Shown: piece by piece, positions 26,561-36,593 of the stretch
How positions within the stretch are numbered: the stretch's first letter is position 1
Layout: every line of letters starts with the position of its first letter
NCBI GenBank assembly: GCA_002396505.1
Contig: DGYA01000124.1
Span: 3,814 to 67,813 of the forward strand
Source: Cyanobacteria bacterium UBA5018
GTDB lineage: Bacteria > Cyanobacteriota > Cyanobacteriia > PCC-6307 > Cyanobiaceae
DNA: 64,000 nt
Reading direction: 5' to 3'
Notes under the pieces: model-generated
Told to the model about the DNA's origin: nothing
Databases searched by the model: none
What the model saw: the letters and a program-made list of their open reading frames with translations, nothing else
Position numbers and translations under genes: made by a program

Positions 26561-28015
26561 ATGCTCTGGATTTGGCATCACCAGCCAGCGCCAGCCGGCA
26601 AAGCAGCCTTGCAACAGCAGCCTGCCCTGCGACACCAGCCTGCCGCCCTAAGAGCAGCTGCCGCGCTACGCATCTGTGCCGCTCTGCTGCTGTTCCCCCT
26701 GGGGGGCTGTCAAGCAACTGCCCAGCTGGTGGGCAAGCCGCCCACGCCAGGGCCGCTGCCCGCCGGCATTGAGCTGGTGTTCAACCACAACCCCCTGCAG
26801 CATTACCGCAGTCCCATCAGCGGCCAATGGCGAGCTGGCGACGACCTGGAGGCATTCATCCTGCGGGGCATTAATTCCGCCCAGCGGGAAATACTTGTGG
26901 CAGTGCAGGAATTATCGCTACCCAAAGTGGCCGAGGCATTGGCCCGCCGCCAGAGCGAAGGTATCACAGTGCGTGTAATTCTAGAGAACACCTACAGCAA
27001 GCCCTGGAGCCAAGAGCATGCCGCCGATCTCAGCCCCCACCAGCGACTCCGCAATACCCAGTTACAAAAACTGGGCTGGGGAGATGCGGTAGCAATTATG
27101 CAACAGGCCCATGTGCCGATGATCGACGATACCGCAGATGGCAGCAAAGGTAGCGGCTTGATGCACCATAAATTCATGGTGATTGATCGGCGGGAAGTGA
27201 TTACCGGTTCCACCAACTTCTCCCCCTCCTGCGTCCATGGCGACCCGGATGATCCAACCACCCTGGGCAACGTCAACCATCTACTGCGCTTCCAGAGCCC
27301 TGCCCTGGCTGAGTTGTTCGCCGCCGAATTCAACCGCATGTGGGGCGATGGCCCCGGCGGTGCAGCCGACAGTCAATTTGGCTTAGCCAAGCAAGAAGGG
27401 CCACTGCAGGTGGTGCAAATTGGCGAGACAACGGTAGGGGTGCTGTTTGCGCCCCATCCCCGCCGCGACGGCAATAATGGGCTGGCAGTAATCGACAACT
27501 TGCTGTCCGAAACCGATAGGAGCCTGGATCTGGCCCTATTTGTACTGTCCGAACAACGGCTGGCAGATACGATGGAAGCTCTACAGCAGCACGGGATAAA
27601 GATTCGATTACTGGCCGATCCAGGTTTTGCAAATCGCTCATTCAGCGAGGTGCTTGACCTGCTCGGCACGCGCATGCCCGATCGCCGCTGCATGCTGGAG
27701 GCAGGCAACAAGCCTTGGCAGCAACCCCTCGCTGGGGTAGGCACACCACGCCTGCCCAGAGGCGACAAATTGCATCACAAATTAGCGATCATCGACGACG
27801 AACGAGTGATCAGCGGCTCCTTCAACTGGAGCCCCAGCGCCTCCTTCCAAAACGACGAAACCCTGCTGGTGATCGATTCAGCTCTACTCGCCCGCCACTT
27901 CAAGGCTGAAATCGACCAACTCTGGAAAACAGCCGAATTGGGCATTAGCCCCCGCCTGGCCCGAAAACAGCTAAGGCTGCAACAAAAATGCGGCCGTGGC
28001 CAGCAGCGCAGTTAG
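26561..28015 (+). CDS. Phospholipase D-family (double HKD) lipoprotein
   Basis: Two HKD motifs are present: HHKFMVIDRREVITGSTNFS and HHKLAIIDDERVISGSFNWS. The N-terminus has a lipobox-like LLLFPLGGC. Confidence 0.85.
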   Translation: MLWIWHHQPAPAGKAALQQQPALRHQPAALRAAAALRICAALLLFPLGGCQATAQLVGKPPTPGPLPAGIELVFNHNPLQHYRSPISGQWRAGDDLEAFILRGINSAQREILVAVQELSLPKVAEALARRQSEGITVRVILENTYSKPWSQEHAADLSPHQRLRNTQLQKLGWGDAVAIMQQAHVPMIDDTADGSKGSGLMHHKFMVIDRREVITGSTNFSPSCVHGDPDDPTTLGNVNHLLRFQSPALAELFAAEFNRMWGDGPGGAADSQFGLAKQEGPLQVVQIGETTVGVLFAPHPRRDGNNGLAVIDNLLSETDRSLDLALFVLSEQRLADTMEALQQHGIKIRLLADPGFANRSFSEVLDLLGTRMPDRRCMLEAGNKPWQQPLAGVGTPRLPRGDKLHHKLAIIDDERVISGSFNWSPSASFQNDETLLVIDSALLARHFKAEIDQLWKTAELGISPRLARKQLRLQQKCGRGQQRS

Positions 28016-28177
28016 CGACAACAGCGCTGCAACCTGGCAACAAGGTCACAAATGGCCCGCTGAAAAGGGCCCCTAGGTAAAGAAAACCATCGGCTTTATC
28101 TTCTCGCTGCCTAGACGTTGCCAGGTTGAGCACAGTGAGGGTCAACCTCCGTGCCGCTGGCTTCAGGCGGCGTCGCG

Positions 28178-29113
28178 ATGCCCGATCATTTTTCCCCCTC
28201 AGGGCGGCGCCTGAGCGGCCTGGCGCTGGCCTTCGCCCTACTGGCCCCCGGACTGGTGACACCCCTGGCCGCCGCGGCCGAAACGGTGCTGGAGCGGGCG
28301 GCCCGCACCGGCGTGATCAGCATGGGCGGCCGCACCGATCTGCCCCCCTTCTCCTTTCTCGATGGCAGCAAAGCGGTCACGGGCTTCTCGATTGATGTGG
28401 CCCGGCTGATCGAGGCGGAGGCAAGCGCCTACCTGGGCAAGCCAGTGAAACTGGAGTTCCAGGTGGTGAACGACCCCGCCACCCTGTTCCGCCAGGTGAG
28501 CCATGGTGAAACCGACCTGGCCTGCGGCGCCCAATTCACCTGGGAGCGGGAGATGTTTGTTGATTTCTCGCTGCCCTACAGCCTCTCCGGCATCCGGGTG
28601 CTGAGTAGAGATGGGCGCATTGACGGCTCGCCCCAGAGCCTGGTCGGCAAGCGCATTGGCGTGCTGGCTGGCGGCCTCGGCGACACCACCATCGCCGACC
28701 TGCAGCCCAAGGCCCTGCGCCAACCCTTCCCTGGCCTTAACGAAGCGGTGGCGGCCCTGCAGACAGGCAAGGTGGACGCAGTGGCCGGCGATTCACTGCT
28801 GTTGATGGCAATCCGCAAGCTCAAGGGCAAACAGGGCCTGGAATTACGGCCCGAACAGCCCCTGGCCCGCTATGCGGTGGGCTGCATCATGCCGGAAAAT
28901 AATTCCACCTTCCGCAATCTGGTAAATATAGCCATTGCCAGGCTGCTACAGAGTTACCTCAACGATGATCCGGCTGCTGTGGCCATCGTCAATCGCTGGT
29001 TCGGCCCGCAGGGGATGCTCGAGCTGCCCAGCCCGATGATCAAGGCCTATTTCGCAGCCGTAATGCTCAACTATGAGCAGATCCAGGTTGCCTCTCCCTC
29101 CTCCGCCAAATAG
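28178..29113 (+). CDS. Orphan periplasmic substrate-binding protein (amino-acid ABC family 3 type)
   Basis: It has a signal peptide and an SBP_bac_3-like sequence (GVISMGGRTDLPPFSFLDGSKAVTGFSIDVARLI..., GETDLACGAQFTWERE, VDAVAGDSLLL). No permease or ATPase gene is adjacent. The ORF is open from GTG 28151. Confidence 0.85.
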   Translation: MPDHFSPSGRRLSGLALAFALLAPGLVTPLAAAAETVLERAARTGVISMGGRTDLPPFSFLDGSKAVTGFSIDVARLIEAEASAYLGKPVKLEFQVVNDPATLFRQVSHGETDLACGAQFTWEREMFVDFSLPYSLSGIRVLSRDGRIDGSPQSLVGKRIGVLAGGLGDTTIADLQPKALRQPFPGLNEAVAALQTGKVDAVAGDSLLLMAIRKLKGKQGLELRPEQPLARYAVGCIMPENNSTFRNLVNIAIARLLQSYLNDDPAAVAIVNRWFGPQGMLELPSPMIKAYFAAVMLNYEQIQVASPSSAK

Positions 29114-29123
29114 CAGCAGATCC

Positions 29124-29552
29124 ATGTCGATTAATACCCGCTCCGGCCTGTTCGCCTTCCTGATGGTGCTGGCCACCCTGCAGATCCCGGCCGGCCAGGC
29201 CAGTGCTAGCGCCGGCGCCGAGGCCACTGGCAACCCAGCCCCCGCCGGTTCGATCACCGGTTCGATCGAGGCGCGCCTGCAGCGCATCTCTGCCGCCCTG
29301 CGGGAACAGCAGCTGCAAGGCGGTGTGGAGGCAGCCGCTGGGGCCGACCTGCGCCTGGCCGCCGGCTTCGTCAATGGTGGCCGTGGCGGCTGGGGTAACA
29401 GCCGCTATGGCGGCTTTGGCAATGCCCATCCCTACTACGGCGGGGGCGTCGGCTTCCTCAATGGCAACGGCGGTTTCCGCAACGGTGGTTTCCGCAATGG
29501 GGGCTTCCTCAATGGCGGCGGCTTTCGCAATGGCGGATTTGTGAATTGGTAG
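29124..29552 (+). CDS. Secreted Gly-rich repeat protein (rSAM-associated, GRRM-type candidate precursor)
   Basis: It has the signal peptide MSINTRSGLFAFLMVLATLQIPAGQASA and a helical middle. The C-terminus reads GGRGGWGNSRYGGFGNAHPYYGGGVGFLNGNGGFRNGGFRNGGFLNGGGFRNGGFVNW*. Confidence 0.8.
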   Translation: MSINTRSGLFAFLMVLATLQIPAGQASASAGAEATGNPAPAGSITGSIEARLQRISAALREQQLQGGVEAAAGADLRLAAGFVNGGRGGWGNSRYGGFGNAHPYYGGGVGFLNGNGGFRNGGFRNGGFLNGGGFRNGGFVNW

Positions 29553-29572
29553 GGCCGGCAGGGGAGCGGACC

Positions 29573-30739
29573 ATGGGGCAGAACCAAGCCGCTGGCGAGC
29601 CCAACTACGGGCCGATCAGCCTGCTGGTGGTCCAGGCCACCCCCTACTGCAACTTGGACTGCGACTACTGCTACCTGCCAGATCGCGACAACCGCGCCCG
29701 CCTAAAGCCAGAGTTGCTCGATCCAATCCTGGATCGGCTGCTCAGCAGCCCCTTCATCGACGGCGACTTCACCCTGCTCTGGCATGCCGGAGAGCCATTG
29801 GCACTGCCAGTGAGCTTTTATGACGAAGCCAGCCGCCGCATCCAGGCGGCGCTGGAGCGTCATCCCGAACGGCACATCGCCATCCACCAGTCGATCCAGA
29901 CCAACGGCACGTTGATCGATCAGCAATGGTGTGAGTGCTTCCAGCGCCACCAGATCAGCGTGGGGGTGAGCCTGGACGGGCCCGCGTTTCTCCACGATGC
30001 CCACCGCCGCACCCGCACCGGCCTGGGCAGCCATGCCGCCACGATGCGGGGCATTGGCTGGCTGCGCCGCTACGGACTGCCCTTCCATGTGATCAGCGTG
30101 CTGGGGGAGCAGGGCCTCGATCACGCCGACAGCATCTTCCAGTTCTTTCTGGAGCAGGGCATCCACGACGTGGGCTTCAACATGGAAGAAACAGAAGGCA
30201 TCAATCGCGCCTCCAGCCTGCAGGGAAGTGAATGCGAAAGGCGCTTCAGCGCCTTCATGCACCGCTTCTGGGAACTGACCAGGGCCACGGGCGAACAGTT
30301 CGTACTGCGGGAGTTCGAGAGCGTCTACTCACTGGCCTATGCCGATGCTCGGCTCAAACAAACCGACATGAACAAACCGTTCGTGATCGTGAGCGTGGAT
30401 CACCAGGGCAACTTCTCCACCTTTGACCCTGAGTTACTAGCTGTCCACACCGAAGAATATGGTGATTTCGTGCTCGGCAACGTGCAAACCGATAGCCTGG
30501 AATCGGTTATTGCCACGGAAAAATTCCAACGCATCCAGCATGACATGGCAGCTGGCGTGGCCCGCTGTCGCGAAAGCTGCGACTACTTCGGCCTATGCGG
30601 TGGCGGCGCCGGCAGCAATAAATATTGGGAGAATGGCAGCTTTAACTCCACCGAAACCCAGGCCTGCCGCTATCGGGTAAAGCTAGTGGCAGACGTGGTG
30701 CTAGCCGGGCTGGAAGAAGCCCTCTCCCTGACACCATAA
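29573..30739 (+). CDS. Radical SAM/SPASM-domain peptide-modifying enzyme (anSME-like, GRRM-type)
   Basis: The CX3CX2C motif is YCNLDCDYCY. The C-terminal auxiliary-cluster motif is CRESCDYFGLCGGGAGSNKYWENGSFNSTETQACRY. Confidence 0.9.
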   Translation: MGQNQAAGEPNYGPISLLVVQATPYCNLDCDYCYLPDRDNRARLKPELLDPILDRLLSSPFIDGDFTLLWHAGEPLALPVSFYDEASRRIQAALERHPERHIAIHQSIQTNGTLIDQQWCECFQRHQISVGVSLDGPAFLHDAHRRTRTGLGSHAATMRGIGWLRRYGLPFHVISVLGEQGLDHADSIFQFFLEQGIHDVGFNMEETEGINRASSLQGSECERRFSAFMHRFWELTRATGEQFVLREFESVYSLAYADARLKQTDMNKPFVIVSVDHQGNFSTFDPELLAVHTEEYGDFVLGNVQTDSLESVIATEKFQRIQHDMAAGVARCRESCDYFGLCGGGAGSNKYWENGSFNSTETQACRYRVKLVADVVLAGLEEALSLTP

Positions 30740-30788
30740 AAGCAAAAACACAGCGAACGAGATTAAGATCAACCAAAAGGCAGTGCAC

Positions 30789-30866
30789 AAAGCCAGCGAA
30801 CAAAGCCAGCGAACAAAGGCTGTGAACAAAGGCTCTGAACAAAGACTCTGAACAAAGCGGCTGTGC
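30789..30866. repeat. 13-nt tandem array x6 (AAAGCCAGCGAAC consensus)
   Basis: Units start at 30789, 30802, 30815, 30828, 30841 and 30854. The array lies directly downstream of the rSAM gene. Confidence 0.85.
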
Positions 30867-30937
30867 GGCCAGCCCAACCGCAGATCCGGATATTGATGCG
30901 GAGAGCCTACTATCAGTTCAAGCCCAGAGCTCGCGCC

Positions 30938-31180
30938 ATGGAGTCCAAGCCCACCTCCGCCCAGCACGCACCCACCCTGGATGCGATCCAGCTGATGCTG
31001 CGTGATCTGCACACCCGCCACGAGGAGATTCGCCACAAGGCGGCCTTCCGAGGCTGCACCCGAGAGCTGTTGGAAGTGCAGCAGGAACTGGTCGACTACC
31101 TGCTCACCAAAAAAAGCCACCTGATGGGCCAAGAGGCCTCGGGCAGTGCCCCAAAGCGGAACTACAACTCTTTTGTCTGA
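30938..31180 (+). CDS. Hypothetical 80-aa helical protein
   Basis: The product is MESKPTSAQHAPTLDAIQLMLRDLHTRHEEIRHKAAFRGCTRELLEVQQELVDYLLTKKSHLMGQEASGSAPKRNYNSFV. It is flanked on both sides by tandem arrays. Confidence 0.4.
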   Translation: MESKPTSAQHAPTLDAIQLMLRDLHTRHEEIRHKAAFRGCTRELLEVQQELVDYLLTKKSHLMGQEASGSAPKRNYNSFV

Positions 31181-31262
31181 GCTACTGGCTTTGCTGACCC
31201 ACTCGTTTGCTTTAGCCACTGGTTTGCTTTAGCCACTGGTTTGTCTGAGCCGCTTGCTCTGA
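31181..31262. repeat. 17-nt tandem array x5 (GCCACTGGTTTGCTTTA consensus)
   Basis: Units start at 31181, 31198, 31215, 31232 and 31249. The array begins on the base after the stop codon at 31178-31180. Confidence 0.85.
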
Positions 31263-31300
31263 TCCTTCCCCCGTTCAACGCCAGCCTTTCCTGAGCCTTC

Positions 31301-32530
31301 ATGCGAGTAGTGGTGGTGGGAGCCGGTCCGGCAGGGGCCTCCCTGGCCCTGGCCTTGGCACGGGCTGGCATCGCCACCACGCTGGTGGAAGCAGCCACCA
31401 ATTTCAATCGGGAGTTGCGCGGTGAGGCCCTGATGCCCTCGGGCCTGGAGGCCCTTGCGGCACTGGGCTTGGCGCCCATTGCCGCGGCCGTGCCCCAGAG
31501 GGCCCTGGCCGGCTGGGCCGTGGCCGTGCAGGGCCGTCTGCTGTTCGAACTGGATGAACCGCTCGGGGCCAGCGACGAAGCGGCCTGCACCCTGGTCAAC
31601 CAAACAGTCTGGCTGGAGCGGCTGCTCTGCCCCGCCGCCAGGCCAAGCGCGCTAACGCTGCTCACCGGCCAGCCAGTGAAGCAGCTGTTGCGCGACGACA
31701 GCAGCGCAGCCCGCATCTCGGGCGTGACCCTGGCCACAGGCCAGCAGCTCCAGGCCGATCTGGTGGTGGCCTGCGATGGCCGAGCCTCCTTGCTAAGGCG
31801 CCAGGCAGGCCTGGCGCTAATCGGCCAGGACAGCCCCATCGATGTGCTCTGGTTTCGCTACGCGGAAACGCCCACAGCGCCGCCCCTGGCCGGCCGCTTT
31901 TACACCCTGGTGGGCGACGAGGGGATCGGCAGCCTGTTTTGCAATGCCAGCGGTCAGGTTCAGCTGGGCTGGGTGATCGATCATCTAGCGCCCACCCCGT
32001 TGCGCAGTGCCGCTGAATGGAGCGCCAGGCTGGCCAGCCAGGCCCCGCCGCCGCTGGCCAGCTGGCTACTGGCAAATGCGGCTTGCTTAACCGCTCCGGT
32101 GCGGCTGAGCGTGCAGGTGGGCATGGCCGAACGCTGGTGGCAACCGGGTCTGCTGCTGCTGGGCGATGCGGCCCACCCGATGAGCCCGGTGCGGGCCCAG
32201 GGGATCAATGGGGCTCTGCGGGATGCAGCGGTGGCGGCTCGGCAGCTGATCGAGCTGGCGCAACCCCTGGCCCCGGGCGCCAGCCCGCCGCCGGCAGCGA
32301 TCGACGCCAGGCTGGCCGCCATCGAAGCTGAGCGGCGGCCAGAGGTGAGCCAACTGCAGATCCTGCAGGCAGAAGAAATGCGTCGCGGCGAACTGCTACG
32401 CCAAAGGCCAGCCCTGCGCTGCCTGCTGGCGGCAACGGCGCCCCTGCTGGGGGGGCTGATCGGCAGGCGCTGGCGCAGCCAGCAGCTACAGCTCAGGCAG
32501 GGGATCAATCGCCTGACGCTGCGGCCATGA
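31301..32530 (+). CDS. FAD-dependent monooxygenase (UbiH/aromatic-ring hydroxylase family)
   Basis: It has the dinucleotide fold VVVVGAGPAGASLALALARAG and the motif LLGDAAHPMSPVRAQGINGALRDA. Confidence 0.85.
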   Translation: MRVVVVGAGPAGASLALALARAGIATTLVEAATNFNRELRGEALMPSGLEALAALGLAPIAAAVPQRALAGWAVAVQGRLLFELDEPLGASDEAACTLVNQTVWLERLLCPAARPSALTLLTGQPVKQLLRDDSSAARISGVTLATGQQLQADLVVACDGRASLLRRQAGLALIGQDSPIDVLWFRYAETPTAPPLAGRFYTLVGDEGIGSLFCNASGQVQLGWVIDHLAPTPLRSAAEWSARLASQAPPPLASWLLANAACLTAPVRLSVQVGMAERWWQPGLLLLGDAAHPMSPVRAQGINGALRDAAVAARQLIELAQPLAPGASPPPAAIDARLAAIEAERRPEVSQLQILQAEEMRRGELLRQRPALRCLLAATAPLLGGLIGRRWRSQQLQLRQGINRLTLRP

Positions 32531-33012
32531 TGGGGCTCCATGCACTGGCTGATGCCATGGGCCGCCTCCGCCGCCTCGCCCACCTCTGTTACTGCGGCAT
32601 GGTCACTTGCTGCCTGGTCACTGGGGGCCTGCTCGCTGGCGGCCTGGCTATGCCCTCCGCGCTGCGGGCCGCTCCCAAAGAGCTCAGCTATCCCAGCACT
32701 GATCAATGGCGCCAGCTACAGCTCACCGTGCTGGCCTGTGGCCGCGAGAACACAGCCGCTAGCTGCGATCTGGCCCGCAGCACCGCCGACCCGCTGCTGG
32801 ATCACCCCCAGCTGCCGGCCACCTGCAAGGACACCCTCTGGACGATTCGCGACCAAGCTGTGGTGGCAGCCAGCAATAGCTACGCCCGCCGCGAACGGCT
32901 CAACAAGGCCGCCAGTGAGCTGCTACCGCTCTGCCGGGAACGAAACGCCAACCCAGCCCCCAACAACAAGCCAGACCAGGGCGGCAAAACCAATAACCTG
33001 CTCAAATTCTGA
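32527..33012 (+). CDS. Hypothetical secreted Cys-containing protein
   Basis: It has a hydrophobic N-terminus (VTGGLLAGGLAMPSALRAAP) and 4+ Cys in the mature part. The alternative frame 32540..33031 is P/A/W-rich junk. Confidence 0.45.
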   Translation: MMGLHALADAMGRLRRLAHLCYCGMVTCCLVTGGLLAGGLAMPSALRAAPKELSYPSTDQWRQLQLTVLACGRENTAASCDLARSTADPLLDHPQLPATCKDTLWTIRDQAVVAASNSYARRERLNKAASELLPLCRERNANPAPNNKPDQGGKTNNLLKF

Positions 33013-33176
33013 TCCCAAAGTTATTCAGTAGCCCAAGTAATCTCAATTAGCAATTTTCGAGATGAGATCTAGTTTTTTGAGGTGCCCATAAAAGTAAATT
33101 TAATTGCCCAGATCACCCCTTGGCATAGCTGAACTGCTCGGGTCTAGCTGGAAAGCATAAGCATGGCTGGATTTGA

Positions 33177-33252
33177 GTCTAGCTGGACGGCTTAGGTCTA
33201 GCTGGACGGCTTAGATCTAGCTGGACGGCCTAGGTCTAGCCGGACGGTCTGG
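33177..33252. repeat. 19-nt tandem array x4 (GTCTAGCTGGACGGCTTAG)
   Basis: Units start at 33177, 33196, 33215 and 33234. A degenerate unit lies upstream near 33141. Confidence 0.85.
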
Positions 33253-33385
33253 CTGGAGGGTTCGGGGCTGGCGGGAGGGTCTGTGGACCGGGCCTGCTGC
33301 AGCTCCATTTTCGCCAAGCTGCTTGGCGATTGCTTTTGGTCGCAGCGAGGTTTCTGGCCAATCAAGAAAGTGAATGCGCCTCCCC

Positions 33386-33790
33386 TCAAGCGGGTTGGGC
33401 AAGGATGGCGAGTGCCGTGGCATCCATGGTGGCCAGTCGCCAATCACTGCTCACCACGGCCCGCTCTGCCAATAAGCAGAGGGGGGTTTGGCGTGCCTCG
33501 GCCTCACAACTGGCGGAGAGGGCCAGCAGCGCCCCGGTGAGCTTGCCCCGCAGGCAGGCCTCGGCGCCCCTGCGCTCCAGCACGGCCCTGGCGGCCAGGC
33601 GACTGCGCTCCACCGCCTCGAAATAAGGGACTGGAGTTACACCGCCCATCACCCCCGCCAACCCAGCGGAGTGAAAGCCAACTGCCAGCAACAGCGCAAG
33701 CAAGCCGATCTGAATAGACCTCGAGGCAAATCGCCTGGGAAAGATTGCAATTCGCCTGGCCAACATTGCAACCAGTTCAGGAAAGATCAT
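33386..33790 (-). CDS. Hypothetical secreted protein
   Basis: It has an ATG start, a signal-like segment (RSIQIGLLALLLAVGFHSAGLAG) and Cys residues in the mature part. Confidence 0.4.
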   Translation of the reverse strand: MIFPELVAMLARRIAIFPRRFASRSIQIGLLALLLAVGFHSAGLAGVMGGVTPVPYFEAVERSRLAARAVLERRGAEACLRGKLTGALLALSASCEAEARQTPLCLLAERAVVSSDWRLATMDATALAILAQPA

Positions 33791-33991
33791 AATTCGATTG
33801 GGCAGAATTCAAGAAGCCCTGGGTAACCAGAGCCAAGGCCAGGGCAACCCTGGAGCTGAAAGGCTCGCAACTGGCAGGGTCACACCCATAGCGGCTTGCC
33901 ACAGTCCGCCTAGGCGCCTGATCAGCATGGGGATTAGACAACACCAGGGAAGACCTGGAAAAACCCAGCCACCGCAATTACAGTTCTCATA

Positions 33992-34098
33992 CCGCAGATA
34001 TGCCAAGACGGCAGGGTCGCCAGATATGCCCAGGCGCCGTGGTGGCCAGATGTACCCAGTCGGCAGGTCGCCAGATATGCCCGGCGGCAAGGTCGACG
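33992..34098. repeat. ~26-nt tandem array x4 (CAGATATGCC core)
   Basis: The core occurs at 33995, 34021, 34047 (CAGATGTACC) and 34072. Confidence 0.7.
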
Positions 34099-34140
34099 CA
34101 ATCACGATTTACCAGAGTTTGCTCAGGGGCCTGATCAGCA

Positions 34141-34266
34141 TTAGGCCAGCAGCCAGCCTTAGGCCAGCAGCCAGCCTTAGGCCAGCAAGCAGCCTTAGGC
34201 GCCCGGAGATGATTGGGCGCCCAGGGGTAATTAAGCGCCCGGAGATGATTAGGCAAGATGACGTGA
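34141..34266. repeat. 18-nt tandem array x7 (TTAGGCCAGCAGCCAGCC, drifting to TTAGGCGCCCGGAGATGA)
   Basis: Units start every 18 nt from 34141 to 34249. Confidence 0.8.
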
Positions 34267-34475
34267 TTTTCATCATACATAAAAGCTAGACAATCTCCAG
34301 GTTTCTGCCAGCAGTGATCCACCAGCGAATCTGCTGTCAGATGGCTGGAGCAACCCCAGGACCGCCGCGCGGCTAGTGGCCGTCGCCAAGCCGGTGACCG
34401 CCGCCCAGCAGTGACCACAGCCCAGCCAGTGGACCCATCCCGGCAGCGACGATCCCCGTAGGGCGGCACGGATAA

Positions 34476-36140
<1,665 letters not shown>

Positions 36141-36155
36141 TCCAGGGAGTGTGCT

Positions 36156-36338
36156 GGGGCCCGCCTCAGCTTTTGTGGGGTCCGTTCTTTTTATCGGGCC
36201 CGCCCTCAGCCTGGGTGGGGTCCGTTCTTTTTATCGGGCCTGCCCTCACTCAGCTTTGGTGGGGCCCGTCCCTTTAATGGGGGCCAGCCCTTTTAATGAA
36301 ACCCGCCATCAGCTTTGCTGGGTCCCGTCCTTTTCGCC
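36156..36338 (+). repeat. ~40-44-nt tandem units x4, each a terminator-like hairpin plus T-run
   Basis: GGGCCCGCC(C)TCAGC...GGGGTCCGTTCTTTTTATC occurs twice almost identically (36156-36195 and 36196-36235). Two degenerate units follow. Confidence 0.7.
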
Positions 36339-36590
36339 AAGCCGTATTAGACGTATCTGGCGCATAGTTTCACCCCATGCGCCACAAAATCCAGCTCCGA
36401 ATAATACCAGCAATACCCCATGCGGCGGAAATGGGGTGAAAGGTTGACCAGGCACTTGGGCGGCTCGGTTGAGCAGAAGCAACACCACCATCGCCATCAA
36501 GATGCATAGCAGCGCCGAAAAAACGATGCGTCGATTATCTCGGCGTAACTGACGACGGGGACGATAGCCAGGGGGCTTGGGAAGCGGCAT
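36309..36590 (-). CDS. Hypothetical small membrane protein downstream of the RND pump
   Basis: The ATG lies 4 nt after the RND stop. The product has a basic N-terminus followed by two hydrophobic segments. Confidence 0.35.
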   Translation of the reverse strand: MPLPKPPGYRPRRQLRRDNRRIVFSALLCILMAMVVLLLLNRAAQVPGQPFTPFPPHGVLLVLFGAGFCGAWGETMRQIRLIRLGEKDGTQQS

Positions 36591-36593
36591 AAC

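Noticed and set aside
30701-31219. 172-aa minus-strand ORF
   Set aside because: It reads through both tandem arrays and is antisense to the more protein-like 80-aa plus-strand ORF. Its composition is junk-like.
32540-33031. 163-aa alternative frame overlapping 32527..33012
   Set aside because: The translation is Pro/Ala/Trp/Cys-rich. The other frame gives a signal peptide and a normal composition.
33798-34289. 163-aa plus-strand ORF through the repeat region
   Set aside because: The N-terminal part is Arg/Pro/Gly-rich. The 26-nt repeat family changes reading frame between units. Only the 18-nt family is frame-compatible. I treat it as probably non-coding, though this is flagged in the findings.
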